From: Barthelona sp. PAP020
Taxonomy: Eukaryota
Direction of reading: 5' to 3'
Assembly: GCA_040182905.1 (NCBI GenBank)
Contig: JARQWU010000098.1
Location: 1-33,053, forward strand
DNA length: 33,053 bases
Shown here: positions 9,487 to 20,122 of the stretch, piece after piece
How positions within the stretch are numbered: the stretch's first letter is position 1
How the letters are laid out: each line of letters starts with the position of its first letter
Translations under genes and position numbers: made by a program
Notes under the pieces: model-generated
Seen by the model: only the letters and a program-made list of their open reading frames with translations
Database searches by the model: none
What the model was told of the DNA's origin: nothing

Positions 9487-11057
9487 TCATTGTTTATCTT
9501 GAAAACTCCAGTTGAAAATATCTTCTTCTGTTCTAAGACCTGTGTACTTCTCAAAAGATCCATCTTCAAAGAATTTAATAAGGGTAGGGAATCCTTCAAT
9601 TCCTAATTCAGCAGGAGGTTCATTTGCATCACATTCAAAACTGCCAACAACAACTTCAGGATGTAATAATTCCAATTTAGCAGCAACATTGGCATAAATA
9701 GGTGCAAGAGCTTTACAATGACCACACCAAGTGGCCCAAAATTCCAAAATCTTAAATTTCTTGTCGGAAGCCTTGAATTGCTCAAAAGAATCACGAACAA
9801 CAATTTTAACAGGTTCATCATTTGTTTCTGGAATAGGAGCTGATTTTGGTTTGTTGACCAAACGACCTTCTTTGAAATCAGTCAGATATTTCACCAAATT
9901 TTCAGAATCAAAGGGCAAACTGTTTGGGAATTTGAAGAACTCGTTTTGATTATCTAAACTAAAGACAACAAGAGTTGGGAATTCAGTGATACCAAGTTGT
10001 TGAGCCAATTGCTGATGATCTTGTGCTTTGGCAAAGAAATATTTGAAATGATTTCCTTCTTCCTCATTTTCGAAATTTTCCATTGCCTTAACGATCTCTT
10101 TACCACGAATATGCATTAAAGAACTGTCACAGAAGTCAACAACGTTTGGTTTTTTATTTTGAGCCAATAGCATTTCCAAACGATCACGAGTTAAAACAGT
10201 CTGAAAGTTAGTTTATGAAAAATATGAAATTTGAAAAAAAACTAAAGATATAGCAACTGGCTTTCTACCTCACTAACACACGCTTAAGTTAGGAGGCCCT
10301 TGAAGTTGCATATAATACAAGAATATATCAATCATACAATTTTTGGTCTGGATAATTTGGAGACAGTGGGAATTACTTGATTCAATTCAGGATTTGCAAA
10401 AAGGTCAAACTTTTTTGGTTTTTCAAAAGCTTTAACAATGAACATTTGAGGTCTGTCTTGCTTAACTTTCAATCTCAATTGTGTCATTATCGATTTTTCA
10501 TAAACAATAGAACAAAATAAATCAGGCTGAAGATCACAAACTTCTCTAAAACGCTGTTCATACTGTTCATTACCAGCGGTAAAACCAACAAGTCGAGTAT
10601 CCATCATTTTCTTAAACTTGACAAGTTCAGATTTATTGTTCAAATCAATATAATTACCACGCATCATATTAATCAATCTTTGAACATTTATTTCAGTACC
10701 AACAGTGCCAATCCAAGGTGTAGCAACACCATGTCTGACAATGATACCAACACTTCTTGGAATAACAGATGGTAAATTTAAAGACTTAGCTAATTCAGTG
10801 TCCTTATTTACGTCAATATATCCAACAGTTAAACCGAACTTTGTGAAAGAATCAGAAGAATCAATAAAACGTCGTTTTATTTCGGCCAATTGTTGAGTTT
10901 CTTTACTATAAGTAAAAATAAATGCGTCTTCTTTGTTTTTAACAGCTTCGTCTAATCTTTCAATGGTGAAACGTTCATTTCCAGTTTTTTTTGAAGTAGC
11001 CTGAATCAATACAAATGAAATCGATAGAATTGCAAAAATATATGTTAATCTGTTCAT
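9487..11057 (-). CDS. protein disulfide isomerase-family protein, 477 aa; exons 11057-10338 and 10200-9487
   Basis: Two ORF-track pieces join in frame across a phase-0 intron. Signal peptide, thioredoxin-like domains, KSAPIPETNDEPVK linker and one WCGHCK site. Confidence 0.85.
10201..10337 (-). other. 137-nt spliceosomal intron in the PDI gene
   Basis: GTATGA...AAACTAAC-TTT-CAG; joins ...RPKI to TVLTRDRLEM in frame. Confidence 0.88.
10246..10314 (-). ncRNA. candidate intron-encoded single-hairpin H/ACA-like guide RNA
   Basis: GC-rich island. Lower stem GCAACU/AGUUGC, internal loop UCAAGG/AGAAAGCC, upper stem GCCUC-CUAAC/GUUAG-U-GAGGU, then AUA (ACA variant) 15 nt from the top of the loop. 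Target not identified. Confidence 0.55.
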
Positions 11058-11126
11058 TTAAAAATGGATAAAAATAAAAATAAAAGAAAAGTTTATTTTT
11101 CAGTGTTCAACAAAGAAACAAATTTT

Positions 11127-12620
11127 TTACCAAACTCTGTAAGCATGATAATGTACACCTTTATCAAAGGAAACTGCTTGTAAAGGCAAGAATCTAGAAT
11201 CAGTGTGTAAATTATCTTTGGCACAATCAGTTAATTTAAATACAAATAATTTATTTTGTAAAGCTAAATAAAATCTAGAAGAATCAGTGGGATGGAATCT
11301 AATCAAAAATGCTTGAGAGTGCTTGTTTCCACCATCCAAGCCCCAGATACGTTCAAACAACATCCATTCTTCAATACCAAAATGAAACAAATTCTTGGTT
11401 TTCTTTTCCACATTATTTCTCTTGAGAACCTTCACTTGTCCTTTAAAAGTACAAACAATTAAATATTTTCCATCAGGAGAATAATCTACAGAGGTTGCAG
11501 CAGTAATATCCAATGGATCAACAAGATGTTGATATGGTGCCATTGATAAATGAATGGGATGATACCAGTGGAATCTTAAAGCACCTTCATATGCGGTTGA
11601 CGCCATTAACATATTATTTTCACCTTGTTCTTCAGAACCATAAGGAGCTGTAGTATTCCAAGGATCAATGGCAAAATCCGTTACCCAATTGTGAGTCTTA
11701 TACCAAGGTGTATTTCCTTGATTGTTAGTAAAACGTTCAAAAAGAACAAAACGATAAATGTCTCTCCTTTCTAAAACATCATGGATAGGATCCAATAATT
11801 TGTCGGCGAAAAATCTAACTCCACTTTCAACAAAGTCTCCACGGTCATTTCTGATTTGCCAAGGAAGAAACCACTGTTCATCTTTTGCCAAATGATACTC
11901 ATAATCTTCGAACAAGGGTTTTCTCAAAGAAAATGAACTTGACAGAGGGATTCTTAATCTGAACGATAAGAAAGACTGATCAGATGAAGCTGCCATCAAA
12001 ACACGTCCATTATCTGTCCAACGAGACCTAACACACCATTTAGAAAATAAATTTGAGGAAAAAATGTGAGTCCAATTTTTTCCGTCCAAAAAATGGAAGA
12101 CTGCTATATTACCACTCTCCCATCCACCAGATGCAACTGCGAATACATCAGGTAATACAGGATTAAATTCAACATTCCAAACGTGTTCATAGAACATCTC
12201 TAAATATCTTTCATCCTTTTTATACTTCTTATGATCAATTAAAGAATAGCTTTGATATGATTTAAAGAGTTTTTCTTCGGAATTAAATCTATATATTTCT
12301 AATAAGAATCTGGTACCGCCAACAATTAACCATGTAGCTGAAGGATCCAAACTAACAGTTAAAACCTCATCGTGCAAAGTAAGTGTTTGGATTTTTTCAT
12401 TCTTATAATAAACATTGACTGTATGATCACGAGACCCAGTGACCATATAATCACCATTCTTGCTCAATGAAAAACCAGTTAAATCAAACTTATGATCATC
12501 TATTTCTCTTTCAACTTTGAAATACTCATTGTGTCGATAAATTGAGTAATCAGTCTTTTCACATTGCACACAATTAATGGCTATTAATACAACAATAAAA
12601 AATATCGAATAATATTGCAT
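11127..12620 (-). CDS. WD40/beta-propeller protein with N-terminal signal peptide
   Basis: Hydrophobic N-terminus; repeats YMVTGSRDHTVNVY, LMAASSDQS, SVDYSPDGKYLIVCTFKGQVKV. Confidence 0.75.
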   Translation of the reverse strand: MQYYSIFFIVVLIAINCVQCEKTDYSIYRHNEYFKVEREIDDHKFDLTGFSLSKNGDYMVTGSRDHTVNVYYKNEKIQTLTLHDEVLTVSLDPSATWLIVGGTRFLLEIYRFNSEEKLFKSYQSYSLIDHKKYKKDERYLEMFYEHVWNVEFNPVLPDVFAVASGGWESGNIAVFHFLDGKNWTHIFSSNLFSKWCVRSRWTDNGRVLMAASSDQSFLSFRLRIPLSSSFSLRKPLFEDYEYHLAKDEQWFLPWQIRNDRGDFVESGVRFFADKLLDPIHDVLERRDIYRFVLFERFTNNQGNTPWYKTHNWVTDFAIDPWNTTAPYGSEEQGENNMLMASTAYEGALRFHWYHPIHLSMAPYQHLVDPLDITAATSVDYSPDGKYLIVCTFKGQVKVLKRNNVEKKTKNLFHFGIEEWMLFERIWGLDGGNKHSQAFLIRFHPTDSSRFYLALQNKLFVFKLTDCAKDNLHTDSRFLPLQAVSFDKGVHYHAYRVW

Positions 12621-12671
12621 TTTGTATCAAAAGTCTTTGAAGAAAAAACTGTTTTATTATTGAATATTTTT

Positions 12672-12983
12672 ATGAATTCACAATCAGTCAAAAATATTGC
12701 TCATTTAAGGTCTTCATGCGATATTCTGCAACAAATGACCAACAATTTAATGAATGAATTGTTGTTGGCACCCAAAACAAAAATAATAGCTAACAATGAT
12801 CCCATTCCTAATATTGAAAAAAAAGTTCAAGATTTTGAAACAGCTTGGACAAATTCTACTTATTTATGTTCAACATTGTGGGATAAAATTGATCAAACTG
12901 AAAATGTTGAACCGGAAGAAGAAAAACCCTCATCTCACCAAAGAAGACAGTTTTACATGGCGAAACAAACTCAAAGAAGATGA
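12672..12983 (+). CDS. hypothetical 103-aa helical protein
   Basis: ATG at 12672, protein-like composition, fills the gap between neighbours. No family recognised. Confidence 0.55.
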   Translation: MNSQSVKNIAHLRSSCDILQQMTNNLMNELLLAPKTKIIANNDPIPNIEKKVQDFETAWTNSTYLCSTLWDKIDQTENVEPEEEKPSSHQRRQFYMAKQTQRR

Positions 12984-13159
12984 TGAAAAAAAAATAACAA
13001 GAATATTTTACTTTTTAACTCAATATTTTCAAAAAGAATATTTTGGTTCACAGCAATCAACAACAGGTATATCATTCACATAACAAAGGTTCATTTTTGT
13101 TGAAATTTAACTTTCAAAAGGAATAATTCAATTACAAATAAAACAAATCACTGTTTTTT

Positions 13160-13423
13160 TTATTTTTTTGACAATCTTTCAAGATCAAAAAATTTCACTG
13201 AAGGATCAGTGGTAATGTGTCTTTCACTATCATAATATGGTAAAGGTTGTAAAATATCGGTCAGCAATATGACAGAACAATCATATTCACTGTTATTGAG
13301 TGGTGTTTGAAGGCTTATCTGTGCAATTTCATCAGGAACAGTGAAGTTATTTTCTTTGATTTGTTTCAATATTCTTTTTTCATCATCCTTAATAAATTCT
13401 TCAGTAATTGTCAAATTATCCAT
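13160..13423 (-). CDS. hypothetical 87-aa protein
   Basis: ATG at 13423 (MDNLTITEEF...), protein-like composition. No family confidently recognised. Confidence 0.5.
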   Translation of the reverse strand: MDNLTITEEFIKDDEKRILKQIKENNFTVPDEIAQISLQTPLNNSEYDCSVILLTDILQPLPYYDSERHITTDPSVKFFDLERLSKK

Positions 13424-13486
13424 TAAAAAAGAAACAATGAAATTGTGAAGAAAAAAGGAAAAACACATTTTTTTTTTGGATTGATA

Positions 13487-14389
13487 ATGCCGAGCAAAAG
13501 TTGTATAGGTATATCTGTTGCTGTTTCCCTTGTTGTTATTATTATCATTTTGATGCAATGCATGGTTTTAATGCCTTTGGGCCATTTTGGAATTACTCGT
13601 AATTCTATTTCAAATCGTGTGTATTATGAAGGTGGTGTCTATCATCCTGGTAGATATTTATTGGGATTTGGTTATTCATTCATTCCTTTTCCTTCTACTT
13701 TGGTTACTGTTGACTTAACAAATGAAGCAGCTCAAGCTCAAGGAGGTTCTGCCATCTATCTTGATGTTAGTTTTCAATACAGATATGTTGCAGAAAATTT
13801 AACGATAATGTACAAAGACTTTAAAGACACTTATCACAAAACCATCAAAAATAGTGCACCAAAAGTTCTTGCTCAAGTAACCACACAGTATGCTTTACCT
13901 GATTTTTTTGAAAAGCGTATTGAAATCGGAGAGATTATGAAAACAAAATTGCAAGAGAATTTTGCAGCGAAAGGATTTGTTACGATTGCTTATTTCCAAT
14001 TGAGAAATGTAGATGTACCTGATGCATATGAAACTCAGGTTGTTGAAACTCAAATTCAAGCCCAAAATGTTCGTAAAGTTACATTTGAACAGGAAGCTAG
14101 AAAGATAATTCTATCTGCTGATGAAGTTGTTTCTCAAGCTGATAAGAATATTACCATTATTGAATCTGAAGCAGACAGAAAAGCACGTAATATCACTGCC
14201 ATTGCTCAATCTGATGCTATTGAAATTGTTAATAATGCCACTGCTAGCGCTTATGAAGGTTTAAGAGATAAATTAGGTTTTTCAGCTGAAGAAATGTTGA
14301 ATTATGTTGAGTTGGAGTTGTTCAGAACTCATACTTCCAGTTATATTATCACTGGAGATGCTGGAAAAACACCTTTCATTTCTGTTTAA
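13487..14389 (+). CDS. SPFH/band-7 (prohibitin-like) membrane protein
   Basis: N-terminal TM helix; PGRYLLG, IYLDVSFQYR, FFEKRIEIG, FQLRNVDVPDAYE; Ala/Glu coiled coil. Confidence 0.85.
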   Translation: MPSKSCIGISVAVSLVVIIIILMQCMVLMPLGHFGITRNSISNRVYYEGGVYHPGRYLLGFGYSFIPFPSTLVTVDLTNEAAQAQGGSAIYLDVSFQYRYVAENLTIMYKDFKDTYHKTIKNSAPKVLAQVTTQYALPDFFEKRIEIGEIMKTKLQENFAAKGFVTIAYFQLRNVDVPDAYETQVVETQIQAQNVRKVTFEQEARKIILSADEVVSQADKNITIIESEADRKARNITAIAQSDAIEIVNNATASAYEGLRDKLGFSAEEMLNYVELELFRTHTSSYIITGDAGKTPFISV

Positions 14390-14533
14390 TTTATAAATTA
14401 GTAAATTGTATGTACTTTTTTTGCCTGCTTTTTTCAAAAGTGAGTTTAGTTTTACATAAAAAAGAAAATTTTCAGGTTTTGTTTTTATTTAATTCTGCAT
14501 AATGTTTTTTATTTTCATAAAAGCGATGTCATT

Positions 14534-14731
14534 TATCCAATTATTCTTCTTCATTAAAATTCTTCCATTGTTTCCAAAAATTGAGGTTTACCTTTTGGAA
14601 ATTGACTAATAATAAACCCTCATCTTAATTTTATCAAATGACACACTTGTCTCAGGATTTGTGTCATTCTTTTGGAGGTACCACAAGCGAGAGAGAAAAT
14701 GGGGAAAAGAAGAATTAGGGAGGATACAATT
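14534..14731. ncRNA. unassigned multi-branch structured RNA candidate
   Basis: Six nested complementary segments in an ORF-free 465-nt convergent spacer (see finding). Confidence 0.4.
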
Positions 14732-14854
14732 GCCAAAATATCAGTTATAAAAGAAAATATCTGAAGTTATATTGGTGATTTTTTGAGGAGAAAAAGAAAA
14801 GTACTTTTTTATTAAAAATAATGTGAAACTACGGGAAAATAATCAAAATAAAAA

Positions 14855-17800
14855 CTAGAACAAACTTAACAAATTTTGACCTGCATCTGATGAAATCTCT
14901 AAAATCCACTTTTCCAAATAAAAATCAAAAATATCTTTTAAACCAACCATATTTTCTCTCAACAATTCTTTAGCCTCTTCAAAACATTCCTCTTCTAACT
15001 TACAAAACATTGGTAAAATGTATTTTTGAACAACAAAATCTCCTCTTTCCTCAGCACTTATCTCATAAATTAAACCATTGGTAAATATCTGTAAAAGATT
15101 CAGTTTGACTTTAAGTGGTTCAATGAGGATACAATTACAAAAGTTTTTGGAAAAAAATTCCACATCTAAAATTTTCAGCAAATTTTCAAAAATTTCCTGG
15201 GATAATATATTTGTTTCAGTATTTAATTCCAGATCAAATATAGTTCCTACATTTTTAAACACATGATTCAAATTCTCTTTTGTGAATAAAAACGATTGAT
15301 TAATTTGACAAAGCCTTTTCATACAAGATAAAGCATGCTTTTGATTTTTTGAGTTTTGATCAAGAACACATCCAATAAGCTTTGAGAGTAAAATGATTTG
15401 CTCTGCCTTGGTAATGACATTTTCAAGAATAATAGCTTCAATTGAAGTGATTCCTAAATAGCGTTTTTGCCAATCTGAAGATTTAATTTGTTTAACGATT
15501 GATAAAGCGTTTTTGGAAAGTTTAGCTTTCATCTTTAATCCATTACTGCCTTCTTTTTTATTTTGTTGAAAAAAATTGTCATTTTGCAATTTTATGCAAC
15601 TTTTTAAAATTTTGTTTGAATTTTCTTTGCATAAATTAATTATTAAAGGTTCAAAATCATCATTTTTATTTTTTTTTAAATATCTATAAATGACAGCAAA
15701 TGCTTTTCTGGAATTGGTTCTTGGAATAGGTGAAGAATCAGTAAATAGTTTGTTTAATGCTAAAATCAAACCATCCAATTTTCCAAATTCATTGATTTGA
15801 TCCGCCATTTCAAGCAAAATACCAACAATATGCTCGGAAATACAGTTGCGTTGTTGGGTTGATTTTGTTCCTGCTGTTTTTATCAAAACATTCAAATATC
15901 TCTCAGAATTCACATTTCCAATCATTATTGCAAAACATTTGTTAGCTTCTTCAATTATAAATGCTGATTGTCCTTCAATCACCTTTCTTAATAACCCATT
16001 GACTAAGATCGATATATAATTGTCTAAATCAAATTTTAAAATAGTTACCATTTCATTGATACAAAACATGGCATTTCTGGGTACTGCTGACCTTAAGTTA
16101 TCTAATTGTTTACATATTGCACTAATAACTTCTTTAAATTGGGTATCTATCAATACATCAGAATGATGTTTTGTAACACGTCTAATACTATCGATACAAT
16201 GATAAATAGCATGCCAATCCGTCTCTCTTGTGGCATTTGTTAATAATTCGATGGAATCTTCAATGATTTGTTGAGGGTTCCTTAAAGGCATCAAATCTTC
16301 AAATCTAGTTTCTTCAATTTCTCCCATTTTGTTGATATTAGTGTTGAAAGTACTAGTAGTTCTAGTTAAATTTGATTTATTTGCTTTAACTTTGATATTC
16401 TTTGTCTTATTAGAATTGCTTTTCTTCAACATATTTTTTAATTTGCCTTTTTCAATGTTTGGAATGTTTTGAATTTTTTGAATTTTTTCCAATTTGAAAT
16501 CATTTTTTGTGTCACCATCATCATTAGCATTATCCCCAGTATCTTCTTCACTATCATCAATATCAGTCACAGTTGCAAGAATGTTTGTTAAATTAACATC
16601 AGTATTGGATCTCATTCTTGAATTAAGTCCAATGGTAGTTGTTGGTCTGGAATTTAAAAAGTTTTCATTGTCAAAAGACATCACTTTCTTCTTCAAATCT
16701 TCATCAATTGCACCAGCAGAAACAGCTTTTCTACTGAGATTCCTTGTGTGTTGTCTAGCAGATAAATTACGAATTTTTTTATTTTCTCTTTGCTTTTTAA
16801 ACGCTAACAATCTGGATGATAAAGAATTTTCATTCACTTGCGAATTAACAATTTCAAAACTGTTGCTGGATCCCCAAACATCTTTGTCATTCAATCTTTC
16901 GTCTATTTGTTGTTCAGTTGTTGGTTGTCCATTAAATTGTTGTTGCTGTTGTTGTTGTTGAATTAGTTTGGGGAAAGTCACATTTTCTAAATGACTTTCG
17001 TCAATCACATCAATTTCTGCCATATCAGTATCAACATTTTTATCTCGAGAAGGTTGTCGAGAATTAACTTTTGATTCAATCAAAAAATTCGGTTCTTCAA
17101 GAGAATTGACAGTCGAAAGGGAAAATAATTCTCGATTAGGTGCAGGTAATAAAGATGCAGAGGAAAGTGATGTGTGTTGAATCTTCATGTTATCATAAGA
17201 AAAAGTTAAATCAGTATTCTTCTTCAAATTTTTCAAATTATCATCGCTAGCAGAACGAAACAATTTTTTATCATCCAAAGAAATCCCATTAGTGAAAAAA
17301 TTAGTGCCACTGGAATGTGTCCTGGCAGTCAACATTTTATAACTGGATATCGATTGTTTCATTGTCAAATTTGTTAATTCTTGTGGACTTAAAGAACCCT
17401 TTATTGGTGAAAGAACAATATTTCCATTATTGAACTTGGATGTTGAGGAATTTTTAATCAATTCAGAACTACCAATGAATTTTTTAAAAGCAATCGTGTC
17501 ATTTTCCTCATTTAATTCCTGAAATTTCACCGTTTCTCCCGAAAAATCAAAATTTAGATCTGTCAAAGGTGATAGCCCAGAAGAGGTGAGTCCATCATGA
17601 ATTTCTGTATTAATATTGACGTTCAAGGAGTCAAGTGAACTATCAGATCCGCATCGAGAGTCAACATTCATCAAAAATTCAGTTTCTGCTATCATATCAA
17701 TATGGTTTTCAATACTAAAACTATCTTTCATTTCTTTATCACTTTGACTGCATTTATCAAGTACAGAATCCAAATCCAATGGGGGAATATTTGATTTTGG

Positions 17801-18832
17801 TTTTTCAACAAATAATTTTTCATCAACAGGCGTAGTTTCAACAATAACATGTCCACTAGGTGGTCGATTATGAAAAACAGGGATTGTGGGCCGAATTGAT
17901 CGGAAACTTGGTTTTGACCCTATCGAACGAATGGATCCTGTGGAGGCCATCCTAAATAATTCCGTTGGATCAATTTCTAGTGTTTCGTCTGTTGTGGAAG
18001 TGTCTTCAGTGTTTTGTGGTGGATAAGGTGGGGGAGGAGGAGGAGAATGAGGTGGGGATGGAACAAAAAATAACTCTTCCGTTTCATCCAATTCATCCTG
18101 ACAAGAACCACTCTCGCTTTTATACATGAGATCTAATATCTCTTCAGCATCATTTTTATTGGTCTCTCCCCTTGTTTTCTTTGTATCTTTGTCAACACTG
18201 TTATTATCAACAACAACCGTATCCTCCTTTTCTCTATCTGCTGTTGGAAGTTCTTCATTTGCATAATTTTGATCCGGATTGACTTCACACTTCCTTTTTG
18301 AAGATAAAGGTTCGGCATCAGAAACATTTTCATTTTCCAAATGACCAACTTCAACATTGTAACCATCATTAACGCTGTTTGAATTCTCATCATCATCATC
18401 TTCTTCATCATCATCATCTTCTTCTTCTTCATCAGCTTCATCTTCCTCTGTATCACCATTATCATCCTCTTCTTCCACATTAAATTCTTCTTCTTCTTCT
18501 TTTTCCACATCATCTTTGTTTTCTATTATTGTTTGACTTAATGTTGAATTATTCTCAGATTCATCATCATCCATTTCTTCATCTGTTGAATTCCAGGAAT
18601 CATAAGTGTCATAAGAGTCATAAAAATCATAAGAATCACAAGAATTAGTTTCATAATCAGTGCTATTATCATCAGAAAATTCATCCGATAGCTCATTACT
18701 ATTATTATTAGAATTAATTTCATTTTCCGGTGTGATATTTGTTTGAAAAGTATCTGTTTCCTTTTTTTCTGTACATTTTTGCTTTTTATTTTCGATTAAA
18801 GCTTCTATATCTTCATTTTTTTCACTTGACAT
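14855..18832 (-). CDS. TOG/CLASP-domain microtubule-binding protein (TOGARAM/crescerin-like)
   Basis: Long acidic/disordered N-terminus then two HEAT/TOG domains (DWHAIYHCIDSIRR..QLDNLRSAVPRNA; SSDWQKRYLGI..DQNSK). Confidence 0.78.
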   Translation of the reverse strand: MSSEKNEDIEALIENKKQKCTEKKETDTFQTNITPENEINSNNNSNELSDEFSDDNSTDYETNSCDSYDFYDSYDTYDSWNSTDEEMDDDESENNSTLSQTIIENKDDVEKEEEEEFNVEEEDDNGDTEEDEADEEEEDDDDEEDDDDENSNSVNDGYNVEVGHLENENVSDAEPLSSKRKCEVNPDQNYANEELPTADREKEDTVVVDNNSVDKDTKKTRGETNKNDAEEILDLMYKSESGSCQDELDETEELFFVPSPPHSPPPPPPYPPQNTEDTSTTDETLEIDPTELFRMASTGSIRSIGSKPSFRSIRPTIPVFHNRPPSGHVIVETTPVDEKLFVEKPKSNIPPLDLDSVLDKCSQSDKEMKDSFSIENHIDMIAETEFLMNVDSRCGSDSSLDSLNVNINTEIHDGLTSSGLSPLTDLNFDFSGETVKFQELNEENDTIAFKKFIGSSELIKNSSTSKFNNGNIVLSPIKGSLSPQELTNLTMKQSISSYKMLTARTHSSGTNFFTNGISLDDKKLFRSASDDNLKNLKKNTDLTFSYDNMKIQHTSLSSASLLPAPNRELFSLSTVNSLEEPNFLIESKVNSRQPSRDKNVDTDMAEIDVIDESHLENVTFPKLIQQQQQQQQFNGQPTTEQQIDERLNDKDVWGSSNSFEIVNSQVNENSLSSRLLAFKKQRENKKIRNLSARQHTRNLSRKAVSAGAIDEDLKKKVMSFDNENFLNSRPTTTIGLNSRMRSNTDVNLTNILATVTDIDDSEEDTGDNANDDGDTKNDFKLEKIQKIQNIPNIEKGKLKNMLKKSNSNKTKNIKVKANKSNLTRTTSTFNTNINKMGEIEETRFEDLMPLRNPQQIIEDSIELLTNATRETDWHAIYHCIDSIRRVTKHHSDVLIDTQFKEVISAICKQLDNLRSAVPRNAMFCINEMVTILKFDLDNYISILVNGLLRKVIEGQSAFIIEEANKCFAIMIGNVNSERYLNVLIKTAGTKSTQQRNCISEHIVGILLEMADQINEFGKLDGLILALNKLFTDSSPIPRTNSRKAFAVIYRYLKKNKNDDFEPLIINLCKENSNKILKSCIKLQNDNFFQQNKKEGSNGLKMKAKLSKNALSIVKQIKSSDWQKRYLGITSIEAIILENVITKAEQIILLSKLIGCVLDQNSKNQKHALSCMKRLCQINQSFLFTKENLNHVFKNVGTIFDLELNTETNILSQEIFENLLKILDVEFFSKNFCNCILIEPLKVKLNLLQIFTNGLIYEISAEERGDFVVQKYILPMFCKLEEECFEEAKELLRENMVGLKDIFDFYLEKWILEISSDAGQNLLSLF

Positions 18833-19198
18833 ATTATTTGGTATTTTGTTGGACTATAAGTTTTTTCTATTCTAATTATACAACCTATCTTATCTATTTT
18901 TTTAATTTAAAAGAACAAATACCTGATAATACATGTTTTTAAAAAAAAAAAAAATTTTTCCCCCTTTTCACACGCATGTTATTTCTTCAAAAAATGGGAA
19001 TTATTTAAAAAGTACACAAAGAAAATAAAGAAATATTAATATTAGGTTTATAACATTGAGAAAACAACCACATCAATTCTAAATTTTCTTTTGCATTGAC
19101 TTGGGATTCTTTTTGGTTTTATCTTTTTAAAGATAATTGAAAAGTAATTCTTATGAAACTGTAATAATCATAAGTTACAAAATAAATGAAAAATGTGT

Positions 19199-20122
19199 TT
19201 ACAATTCCGGTGATCTCTTATTATCAATCATTTCATCAAAAATTTGATCATTGTCATGCTTTTCAGAAAAATTTTCTTCTTTATCAAAATAATTTAATTT
19301 TCTTTTGACAATATCTTCGGTTATTTCACTGTCAACATCACATTCTTTCACAAATTTACGAACAAAATCAACAACATAATTTGCTACTATTCCCACCGTT
19401 TCTTTGTTTCCAAATAATGGTAAATTTAAGGGAAAATTTAGAGTATTGAATTTAAAACGACATGGCTTGGCCGTTTCAGGAAATTCAAAATTTTTGATTT
19501 GATAATTCGCCCTTGCTTCAGTTTTTGAAACAAAATATTCAATTAACAACAGTCTTTCAATGATTTTAACGATAATTCCATGTGAAACTTCATTCATTCG
19601 TAAACTTTGTAAAAATGAGAGTGATCCACCATGATTGGATGTTTGGTCAAAAATACTGTTTTTTGACCTTGTTCGAATGGTGACTAAGCCTTTATTTTGT
19701 GCTCGTTTTTTCAATTTTCTGTATGATTTTGGGGTTAAACATTTTGTAAAGTATATTTTTTGTTGATTTAAATTAAACAAAAACACTTTTATTTGTTTTT
19801 TCAACATTTTCAAAGATATTTTTGTTAAAGAGGGTTCAATTAATAAAATAAGCTCCTCATCTACTTTTTTTCGCAATAATTTCCTTCGAATAAATTTTGA
19901 AACTTCAATTTCCAATAAATATTCAATATTTGTTGTATTATTTGGTTTTAACTTATCAATTGGCCTAGGTTGAACAATTTCACATGACAAATCTTCTTTG
20001 GATTTGAATGATAATGCGGATAAATTCCTAAATATCTCAAAATTACTTGATCGAGACATTGGATAACATGCCATTGTTTCAAAACATATCACACAAAATG
20101 AAAACAAATCCAAACATGGCAT
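19199..20122 (-). CDS. hypothetical protein (start ATG 20122 or 20074)
   Basis: About 300-aa ORF; no family recognised. Confidence 0.6.
   Translation of the reverse strand: MPCLDLFSFCVICFETMACYPMSRSSNFEIFRNLSALSFKSKEDLSCEIVQPRPIDKLKPNNTTNIEYLLEIEVSKFIRRKLLRKKVDEELILLIEPSLTKISLKMLKKQIKVFLFNLNQQKIYFTKCLTPKSYRKLKKRAQNKGLVTIRTRSKNSIFDQTSNHGGSLSFLQSLRMNEVSHGIIVKIIERLLLIEYFVSKTEARANYQIKNFEFPETAKPCRFKFNTLNFPLNLPLFGNKETVGIVANYVVDFVRKFVKECDVDSEITEDIVKRKLNYFDKEENFSEKHDNDQIFDEMIDNKRSPEL

Noticed and set aside
13160..13423. Faint resemblance to APC13 (KFFDL versus KWTDL)
   Set aside because: Too few matching residues to name without a profile search.
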